NCBI GenBank assembly: GCA_040900375.1
Contig: JBBDZC010000021.1
Location: 5,258 to 69,257, forward strand
Source: Candidatus Anderseniibacteriota bacterium
GTDB lineage: Bacteria > Patescibacteriota > Andersenbacteria > UBA10190
Direction of reading: 5' to 3'
DNA: 64,000 nucleotides
The notes beneath the pieces were generated by a model. It saw nothing but the letters and a program-made list of their open reading frames with translations, ran no database searches and was not told the DNA's origin. Position 1 is the stretch's first letter; each line of letters opens with the position of its first letter. Shown here in pieces: positions 56,819 to 64,000 of this stretch. The translations under genes and the position numbers were made by a program.

Positions 56819-58099
56819 ATGAAAAATTTTCCTCTTACCGAAAAAAAGCTACCGGGAGGTTTGCGCACCGTGCTGCTGCCCCGCCAGGAAGGACAGACGG
56901 TCACTTTTCTCGTCCTGATTGGCGTGGGCTCACGGTATGAAACGCCGCGGCAATCAGGCCTTTCTCATTTCTTAGAACACATGTTTTTTAAAGGCACACA
57001 ACGGCGGCCCACGACGAAGGAAATTGCCGAGGCGATTGAGAACGTCGGTGGAGAATTTAATGCTTTTACTAGCGAGGAATATACCGGTTACTATGTCAAA
57101 GTTGCGGCCGAATATTTAGAACAGGGAGCCGAGGTAGTTTCGGATATTTTACTGCGTCCACTTTTTCCCCAAGTAGAGATTGATCGAGAACGAGGAGTGA
57201 TCACTGAAGAGATTCGTATGTATACCGACACGCCGATGCGGCACATTTGGCATCTATGGCAAGAGGCGTTGTTTGGCGCGCATCCTCTCGGGCGGCGGAT
57301 TGATGGCACGCTGGAGACAGTCGGAACATTTATGCGGAAAGACTTTCTGCAGTACACACAGCGGCACTATCACACCGAAAATGCCGTGGTGGCCGTAGCG
57401 GGTAAGTTTGCGGAAAAACAAACCGAGCAACTGCTCAAGGAACTCTTAGCGCCCTTGGCGCGGGGCAAAGAGACTTCACCGAAAACAGTGCCGAAGCGAC
57501 TACCGCAACGGCGTTTTCTTAATGAATACCGAAAATCACTGGACCAAACACACATGATTGTGGGTGTCCCCGGGCTCTCGTTGACTGACCCGCGCCGCTG
57601 GGCAGCAGAATTATTAGCAACGATTCTCGGTGCCGGGATGAGTAGCCGCCTCTTCATTCAGGTGCGGGAGCGGCACGGGTTGGCCTATGCTGTGCGGACG
57701 AGTACCGAGAGCTACACTGATGCGGGTGCCGTAGCCACTCAAGCAGGCGTGCGGACGGATAAGGCGGATTTTGCCTTACGGCTGATTTTGCAGGAATACG
57801 ATCGGATAATGCAGGAGAAGGTCACAGCGGACGAACTGGCTAAAGCTAAGCAGATGCTCCGGGGGAGAATGGTCATTGACCTGGAGGAAACCAATACGCT
57901 GGCCTTGTTTGCTGGTCTCCAAGAATTGCTGACGCAGCGGATTGATACACCAACGACCATGTGGGAAAAAATAGAGGCAGTTACACCCGAGCAGATCCAG
58001 ACGGTGGCGCAGGCACTGCTGGCGCCGACACAGCGAGTGGCAGTGCTCCTAGGTCCGCAAAAATCAACTAAAGAGTTTAGTAAACAACTTGGTCTCTAA
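56819..58099 (+). CDS. M16-family (insulinase-like) zinc peptidase
   Basis: HFLEH inverted zincin motif (HxxEH); start at ATG 56819 with GGAG upstream. Confidence 0.8.
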   Translation: MKNFPLTEKKLPGGLRTVLLPRQEGQTVTFLVLIGVGSRYETPRQSGLSHFLEHMFFKGTQRRPTTKEIAEAIENVGGEFNAFTSEEYTGYYVKVAAEYLEQGAEVVSDILLRPLFPQVEIDRERGVITEEIRMYTDTPMRHIWHLWQEALFGAHPLGRRIDGTLETVGTFMRKDFLQYTQRHYHTENAVVAVAGKFAEKQTEQLLKELLAPLARGKETSPKTVPKRLPQRRFLNEYRKSLDQTHMIVGVPGLSLTDPRRWAAELLATILGAGMSSRLFIQVRERHGLAYAVRTSTESYTDAGAVATQAGVRTDKADFALRLILQEYDRIMQEKVTADELAKAKQMLRGRMVIDLEETNTLALFAGLQELLTQRIDTPTTMWEKIEAVTPEQIQTVAQALLAPTQRVAVLLGPQKSTKEFSKQLGL

Positions 58100-58105
58100 C
58101 TGATA

Positions 58106-59158
58106 TTGATCCGTATGCCTTCCCAACGAATCAGTGCTGATATTACTTCTGGCACTATTCTCCGTACGATCTTAATTCTACTGGGTTTCTGGTTTCTCTA
58201 TGTTATCTCGGACATTCTCTTGATGCTCTTTGCGGCAGTCGTCATAAGTTCCGCCATTGAGCCAATTGCTAACTACTTCCAGTATTATCGTCTGCCCCGG
58301 GCGTTATCGGTAGCCGTGGTGTATTTACTGTTGCTCCTCGTCTTGTCGGGCACGGTTACGCTTCTCGTTCAACCCTTGACCGAACAAATTACGCAGCTCG
58401 CGCTGGCTATCCCCCACCTGGTAGCTAACTTAAGTCACTTGATTTCCTTTGTTCCCCAGTTTGATCAACAGGCAGTCACAGTCGCGCTCCAGGAAGGGCT
58501 GTTGCGCCTCGGGCAAAACTTGGCGAATGTGGGGTTGAATGTGATCCAGCAAACTCGCTCACTCTTTTCTGGCATTTTTACCTTGTTGTTCATTTTTATT
58601 CTTGCTTTCTATTTAGTGGTCGAAAAAGATGCCCTCAAAAAATTTGCCCGACTGATTACCCCTCGTGAACACCTGCCTTACATTGAACGGTCGATTGAGC
58701 GAGCACAGCGCAGTATTGGCCGGTGGGTGCTGGCCCAATTGGCGTTAGCGCTGATTATTGGAGTCGTCGTGGGCTTAGGGCTTTGGCTTATGGGCATTAA
58801 GTATGCTCTAGTGCTAGGGCTGCTAGCGGGGATATTAGAAATTGTGCCGGTTATCGGGCCGGTTATTGCCGCTATTCCGGGAGTGCTCGTGGGCTTGGCG
58901 CAATCCTGGGTCATTGGCGTCGCCGCTCTGATTTTTTACATCGTGGTACAACAGTTAGAAAATAACCTGCTGGTACCGACAATTATGCGCCGCGCCATTG
59001 GCTTGAACCCTCTCGTGACAATTATTGCTATTCTATTGGGTGCGCGCCTGGCTGGTGTGGCAGGCGTGATTCTCTCCGTGCCCATGGCCGCGATTATCAG
59101 TATTTTCCTTTCTGACCTTTTTGCAGCGCCCGCGATTGAGGATGAACTGCCCGGGTAG
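58106..59158 (+). CDS. AI-2E family transporter, second copy
   Basis: Topology and conserved blocks shared with 35505 gene. Confidence 0.75.
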   Translation: MIRMPSQRISADITSGTILRTILILLGFWFLYVISDILLMLFAAVVISSAIEPIANYFQYYRLPRALSVAVVYLLLLLVLSGTVTLLVQPLTEQITQLALAIPHLVANLSHLISFVPQFDQQAVTVALQEGLLRLGQNLANVGLNVIQQTRSLFSGIFTLLFIFILAFYLVVEKDALKKFARLITPREHLPYIERSIERAQRSIGRWVLAQLALALIIGVVVGLGLWLMGIKYALVLGLLAGILEIVPVIGPVIAAIPGVLVGLAQSWVIGVAALIFYIVVQQLENNLLVPTIMRRAIGLNPLVTIIAILLGARLAGVAGVILSVPMAAIISIFLSDLFAAPAIEDELPG

Positions 59159-59160
59159 GT

Positions 59161-59619
59161 TCAGGATATTTGCTGCAGTACTAAACTTACAGCAAGACCA
59201 CTCAAGAGTGCCTGCGAGACAAGACCGCGGAGGGGATCGGTAGTTTCTAGTTGGAGAGCGTCATGCCAGGTGGCGGCAGGAGCAGCCCATCCCAGCCATT
59301 TTTTGCGCGGGGCGGCTCGTAACTTTTCATAAAGCTGCTGTAGAACGTCAGGCAGGTTGCCACCGATGATCGCCGCCAGGACTGGCAGCGTCCAGATGTC
59401 GCTGCCTACTACTAACCCGGCGATGACCAGGCCGCTGCCGATATCAAGGGCAACAAGAAGGTAAAAAATACCCCGCCGCAATTGATCATGGAATAAATTC
59501 CAGTGCAGCAAGCTGTCGCACAAAAAATGCCCGACCACCGCGGCGAGAAAAATCAACAATGGTTGTTCCAAGTAGTAAGCCAGCGGCAAACTAATTAAAG
59601 TATGCGCAAGGGAGAGCAT
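59161..59619 (-). CDS. Hypothetical integral membrane protein
   Basis: 4 predicted TM segments; no known domain. Confidence 0.45.
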   Translation of the reverse strand: MLSLAHTLISLPLAYYLEQPLLIFLAAVVGHFLCDSLLHWNLFHDQLRRGIFYLLVALDIGSGLVIAGLVVGSDIWTLPVLAAIIGGNLPDVLQQLYEKLRAAPRKKWLGWAAPAATWHDALQLETTDPLRGLVSQALLSGLAVSLVLQQIS

Positions 59620-59686
59620 AGGGTAAATTCGCTAATCAACTATATTTTAGTATAGTTGAGACAGCCACAACTCTAAAGGTACCTCT

Positions 59687-60463
59687 ATGATTGACTCCCA
59701 TGCTCATGTCATGTTTGATACTTTTGCACCCGATCGACCCGCGGTTGTCAAGCGTGCCCGCGCGGCGGGGGTGAAGTGGATTGAGATCGGCACTGATATA
59801 GACTCGAGTAAGAAAGCTGTTGCTTTTGCTCAAAAACATGAGGGAGTTTGGGCAACAGTGGGCGTTCACCCCAGTGACTATGCCGAGTTATCGGAGGCAG
59901 GATGGCAAGAGCTAGAGCAATTACTGCAACACGACAAGGTGATGGCGGTGGGTGAGGTCGGCTTGGATTTTTACCGAGGGGGACAGTTAGAAGAGCAACT
60001 GCCAATTCTCAAGCGATTTTTAGATCTAGCAACGAAGCACCATCTGCCGGTTGTCTTTCATGTCCGTGATGGCAAGGAAAGTGCCCATGAACCGATGATT
60101 ATGTTTTTGCACTCGCTGGCTCGAGAGCAGCGCCCGCGCGGCGTGATGCACACTTTTAGCGGTAACCAGACGCAAGCGTATGCCTACCTTGATCTTGGCA
60201 TGTACCTTTCTTTTTCAGGAGTGGTGACATTTAAAAATTCCGGGGTTGTGGCCGATATTGCCCGGACTATGCCCCTGGAGCGCGCGCTCATTGAAACTGA
60301 TTGCCCCTTTTTAGCACCCGAGCCTTACCGGGGCAAACGAAATGAGCCAGCGTACCTAACCTACGTGGCAAGCAAAATTGCGGCATTACGGCAGATACCG
60401 ACCGCCGAGGTGGAAAGGATCACCGAAGAAAATACACGGTCTCTCTTTAAGCTGGCGACATAA
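59687..60463 (+). CDS. tatD: TatD-family metal-dependent hydrolase (DNase)
   Basis: MIDSHAHV, GEVGLDFY, conserved His/Asp/Glu ligands. Confidence 0.85.
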   Translation: MIDSHAHVMFDTFAPDRPAVVKRARAAGVKWIEIGTDIDSSKKAVAFAQKHEGVWATVGVHPSDYAELSEAGWQELEQLLQHDKVMAVGEVGLDFYRGGQLEEQLPILKRFLDLATKHHLPVVFHVRDGKESAHEPMIMFLHSLAREQRPRGVMHTFSGNQTQAYAYLDLGMYLSFSGVVTFKNSGVVADIARTMPLERALIETDCPFLAPEPYRGKRNEPAYLTYVASKIAALRQIPTAEVERITEENTRSLFKLAT

Positions 60464-60523
60464 ATTCCCGCCGGGAGGAAAGAAGCTTAAGCCACTCTTT
60501 CAGAAATAGTGTATAGTAGGAAT

Positions 60524-61831
60524 ATGTTGCGAACAATTATAGAACAGAAAGTATCAACTCCTCAATCCTACGTGCCGTTGGCAGCCCGCATGCGGCCGCG
60601 CAGCCTCGGCGAATACGAGGGCCAAGAAAAGGTGCTGGGACCAGGTACGCCGCTGCGGCGCGCTATCGAGCAGGGCAGCGCCGGCTCGCTTATTTTATGG
60701 GGACCACCGGGCATTGGAAAAACAACATTGGCTGAAATTATTGCGCTTAATATGACCGCCACGGTCGAGCGCGTGAGTGCTGTGACCGCGGGGGTCAAAG
60801 ATTTGAAAGAGATTATCGGCCGTGCGCAAGCGTGGCGAAAGATTAACAAGCGCACCGTGCTCATTGTGGATGAAATCCACCGGTTTAATAAGCTCCAGCA
60901 GGATGTCCTTTTGCCGCACGTGGAAGAGGGCTTAATCACTTTACTGGGGGCCACCACCGAAAATCCCTACTTTGAGGTGATTGCCGCGTTAGTATCACGA
61001 GCAGAAGTGGTCCGTCTCGAGGCACTAAAGGAACAGGACATAGCGGCAATCGTGGCTCGTGCGTTACTTGAGGCTCACCGTGGACTGGGCGGGCAAAAGA
61101 AGTTGGGTCAAGCGGCGCAGGCAACATTGCTTCAGATTGCCGGCGGCGACGCGCGGCGAGCTCTCAATATTCTGGAGCGGGCCGCGCTGGCCAGTGATAA
61201 AAAAATGATTACGGAGCAAGAGGTACAGGGCGCTGCGCAGCAACGGGTAGTCCAGTATGATAAGGCCGGTGATGCACACTATGATACTATCTCGGCATTT
61301 ATTAAGAGTATGCGTGGCTCTGATCCGGATGCCGCACTCTTCTACCTTTTCCGGATGTTGGCGGCTGGTGAAGATCCCAAGTTTATTATGCGGCGCATGC
61401 TGATTTTTGCCTCCGAAGATATTGGTAATGCCGATCCCCATGCCTTAATGCTGGCTAGCGCCGCAGCCGCGACTCTGGAGTGGGTGGGGTTGCCAGAAGC
61501 AGAATTTGCGCTTGCCCATGCCGCTACCTATTTAGCGGCTGCGCCCAAAAGCAACAGTGTCACCCTCGCGAAAGAGGCCGCGAAGGTTGATGTTATGCGG
61601 CACGGTAATGCGGTGCCGCCTGATCATCTAACCCTCGCACCGGTGGCAGGTCTTAAAAAACACGGCAAGGGGGTAGGGTATAAATATCCGCATGATTATC
61701 CGGGGAATATTGTTGCCCAACAATATCGGCCCACTGTTATTCAAGATCATCTCTACTACGAGCCGGGAGAAGAAGGATTTGAAAGAGAGGTAAAGCGGCG
61801 GGTAGCCCAGGCACGAGCCTTGTTGCACTAG
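60524..61831 (+). CDS. rarA: Replication-associated recombination protein A (AAA+ ATPase RarA/MgsA)
   Basis: PLAARMRP N-terminus, Walker A GPPGIGKTTLA, Walker B LIVDEIHRFNK, MgsA C-terminal helical domain. Confidence 0.85.
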   Translation: MLRTIIEQKVSTPQSYVPLAARMRPRSLGEYEGQEKVLGPGTPLRRAIEQGSAGSLILWGPPGIGKTTLAEIIALNMTATVERVSAVTAGVKDLKEIIGRAQAWRKINKRTVLIVDEIHRFNKLQQDVLLPHVEEGLITLLGATTENPYFEVIAALVSRAEVVRLEALKEQDIAAIVARALLEAHRGLGGQKKLGQAAQATLLQIAGGDARRALNILERAALASDKKMITEQEVQGAAQQRVVQYDKAGDAHYDTISAFIKSMRGSDPDAALFYLFRMLAAGEDPKFIMRRMLIFASEDIGNADPHALMLASAAAATLEWVGLPEAEFALAHAATYLAAAPKSNSVTLAKEAAKVDVMRHGNAVPPDHLTLAPVAGLKKHGKGVGYKYPHDYPGNIVAQQYRPTVIQDHLYYEPGEEGFEREVKRRVAQARALLH

Positions 61832-61912
61832 GGCTGGGTAACGCACTCGGGTCTCTATTTACCCAGGCTCGCTTAAACTATAAGTGAAGAGTAGAGTATA
61901 TTGTTAGGAAAT

Positions 61913-64000
61913 ATGGAAAGTTATAATCCCCAGGTACTTGAGCCAAAGTGGCAGCAGTATTGGTTGGATAATCGGCTTTTTGCCGCTGCCGACGACACTC
62001 ATAAGAAGAAAATGTATGTTCTCGACATGTTTCCGTATCCTTCCGGTGATGGTCTACATGTCGGCCACGCAAAAATTTATACTGCTTCGGATATTGTGGC
62101 GCGTTATTTGCGCATGAAGGGTTTCAATGTCCTGCATCCTACCGGTTGGGATGCCTTCGGGTTGCCCACCGAGAATTCAGCTATTAAGCTGGGCATTCAT
62201 CCCGCCGAGCTCACGAAGCGTAATGTGGCTCGTTTTCGTCAGCAAATGCAGCGACTCGGGCTTTCCTATGACTGGGAGCGAGAAATCAATACGACTGATC
62301 CCCAGTACTATAAGTGGACCCAGTGGATATTTTTACGTCTCTATAAAATGGGTTTGGCGTATGAAGCCACGGTACCCATCAACTGGTGTCCCAGCTGCTT
62401 GACTGGACTGGCTAACGAAGAGGTGGTTGACGGCAAATGTGAACGCTGCGGCACTGCGGTAGAGCAGCGGCCGCTACGTCAGTGGATGTTGCGTATTACT
62501 CGGTATGCCGATCAATTGCTCCAGGGGTTAGGCGGGCTGGATTGGCCGCAGTTTATCATTGAATTGCAACAGAACTGGATTGGCCGCAGTGAGGGAGCAG
62601 AAATTATCTTTACACTGGATCAATCCAGCGCCGTTAACCCTCAAGCGATGGCAGAAAAACTGACCATTAAAGTGTTTACTACCCGCCCCGAAACTATTTA
62701 TGGGGCGACCTATGTTGTGGTAGCGCCGGAGCATCCTTTAGTGGGAGTGATTACGACGCCCCAGCAGCGCGAAGCCGTTACTACGTATGTGGCCCAAACC
62801 AAGCAGCGAACCGAGGTCGAGCGGACCGATGTCACGAAAGAGAAAACAGGAGTTTTTACAGGAGCATACGTTTTGCATCCCTTAACTCATGAACCTTTGC
62901 CGGTGTGGGTGGCGGACTATGTGCTCCTAGCCTACGGCACGGGCGCGATTATGGCTGTGCCCGCGCATGACGAACGCGACTTTGCCTTTGCCACAAAATA
63001 CAACTTGCCCATTGTGCAGGTTATTTCTCCTGTGCTCGGCAAAGACCAAGCCGAGCTGCCTTATAGCGGTGATGGCGTGCTTATTAATTCCGATCAAAGC
63101 GATGGGCAGGAGGTTGCGGCAGGACGACAGATGATTATGGGTCTATTGCAGCAGCGGGCGGTGGCGCAAAAGGCAGTTATCTATAAACTGCGCGACTGGG
63201 TATTTTCTCGGCAGCGTTATTGGGGAGAACCAATACCGCTTATTCATTGTAAAAAATGTGGCGTAGTGCCCGTACCCGAAAAAGATTTGCCGGTGGAATT
63301 GCCACCGATCGATACCTATCAACCAACAGGGACAGGCGAGTCACCACTGGCGGCAATTGAATCGTGGGTGCAAGTTAAGTGTCCAACCTGTCCGAATATT
63401 GCTCGCCGCGAAACTAACACGATGCCGCAGTGGGCTGGTTCGTCCTGGTATTTCTTGCGCTACACTGATCCTCATAATAAGCAAGCCTTGGCGGCGCCGG
63501 AAAAAATGCAGTGGTGGCTACCGGTGGATGTCTATATGGGAGGAGCCGAACACGCGGTCTTGCATTTGCTCTATGCGCGATTTTGGATTAAGGCGCTGCG
63601 GGATGCCGGGGTGATATCGCTGACAGAGCCATTCTCTCGTCTGCGCAGTGTGGGTTTAGTGATGGGCGAAGATGGACAGAAGATGAGCAAATCGCGGGGA
63701 AATGTAGTTAACCCAGATGAGGTGGTTGCCCAGTATGGCGCGGATACTCTACGCCTCTATGCTATGTTCATGGGTCCTTTTTCGGCGTCGGGAGCGTGGA
63801 ATACGGGCAGTATTGCTGGGGTGCACCGTTTCTTAAAGCGAGTGTGGCAGACAGTTTTGCGCCTGGCGGAAAACTCGGAGCCAGGACCGGAAACCACGAC
63901 CGACCTCGAAGTTTTACTTCAGCAAACAATTAAGCGCGTGTCAGAAAACACCGAGAATTTTAAGTTTAATACGGCTATTGCGGCTCTCATGGAATTCCAT
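61913..64000 (+). CDS. leuS: Leucyl-tRNA synthetase, N-terminal about 695 aa; continues past window end
   Basis: [21 protein letters not shown] (HIGH), zinc CxxC region and editing domain; open reading frame runs to position 64000. Confidence 0.9.
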   Translation, partial: MESYNPQVLEPKWQQYWLDNRLFAAADDTHKKKMYVLDMFPYPSGDGLHVGHAKIYTASDIVARYLRMKGFNVLHPTGWDAFGLPTENSAIKLGIHPAELTKRNVARFRQQMQRLGLSYDWEREINTTDPQYYKWTQWIFLRLYKMGLAYEATVPINWCPSCLTGLANEEVVDGKCERCGTAVEQRPLRQWMLRITRYADQLLQGLGGLDWPQFIIELQQNWIGRSEGAEIIFTLDQSSAVNPQAMAEKLTIKVFTTRPETIYGATYVVVAPEHPLVGVITTPQQREAVTTYVAQTKQRTEVERTDVTKEKTGVFTGAYVLHPLTHEPLPVWVADYVLLAYGTGAIMAVPAHDERDFAFATKYNLPIVQVISPVLGKDQAELPYSGDGVLINSDQSDGQEVAAGRQMIMGLLQQRAVAQKAVIYKLRDWVFSRQRYWGEPIPLIHCKKCGVVPVPEKDLPVELPPIDTYQPTGTGESPLAAIESWVQVKCPTCPNIARRETNTMPQWAGSSWYFLRYTDPHNKQALAAPEKMQWWLPVDVYMGGAEHAVLHLLYARFWIKALRDAGVISLTEPFSRLRSVGLVMGEDGQKMSKSRGNVVNPDEVVAQYGADTLRLYAMFMGPFSASGAWNTGSIAGVHRFLKRVWQTVLRLAENSEPGPETTTDLEVLLQQTIKRVSENTENFKFNTAIAALMEFH

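Noticed and set aside
1-64000. tRNA genes and rRNA
   Set aside because: No cloverleaf-compatible T-arm/acceptor combinations were found other than the tmRNA tRNA-like domain, and there are no rRNA-like stretches.

Overview
This 64-kb window looks like a chromosomal segment from a small-genome bacterium with a Gram-positive-type (secretin-less) pilus system; a Patescibacteria/CPR-like organism is plausible but unproven. GC is moderate, many genes lack a Shine-Dalgarno sequence, and TTG/GTG starts are frequent.

Housekeeping genes are dense. They include the 3' end of pepA, a znuCB-like metal ABC transporter, NDH-2, the infC-rpmI-rplT operon, smpB with an adjacent tmRNA, argS, ileS, glyQS and a leuS 5' fragment, plus recO, tgt, rarA, tatD, an M16 peptidase and two AI-2E transporters.

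The most conspicuous gene block is a large type IV pilus locus at about 5.2-21.4 kb. It contains pilB, pilC and four prepilin-like proteins with classic G|F/L-x-x-x-E class III signals and unusually large C-terminal domains. It also holds two PilX_N proteins, an LRR protein, a GT39/PMT-family GT-C glycosyltransferase, and a tandem duplication of a pilM-pilN-pilO-plus-small-membrane-protein module. A fifth prepilin, fused to a ConA/LamG lectin-like domain, sits at 43.9-44.6 kb next to a glycan-metabolism block (GH130, three GT4 genes, and an ANTAR regulator).

The most unusual non-coding signal is at about 32.6-34.2 kb. Three consecutive, unrelated small ORFs are each preceded by the same roughly 100-150-nt structured leader. 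Its hairpins differ completely in sequence between copies but keep their base-pairing, which is a covariation signature of a functional RNA or regulatory module I cannot assign to a known family.

Other notable items are three small genes with strong SD sites at 24.16-24.75 kb, a fusion of a ribbon-helix-helix (RHH) DNA-binding domain to a sugar-phosphate nucleotidyltransferase, a DsbA/PrsW pair, and perfect palindromes or inverted repeats at 0.8 kb and 34.4 kb. Coordinates I derived by hand may be off by 1-2 nt.
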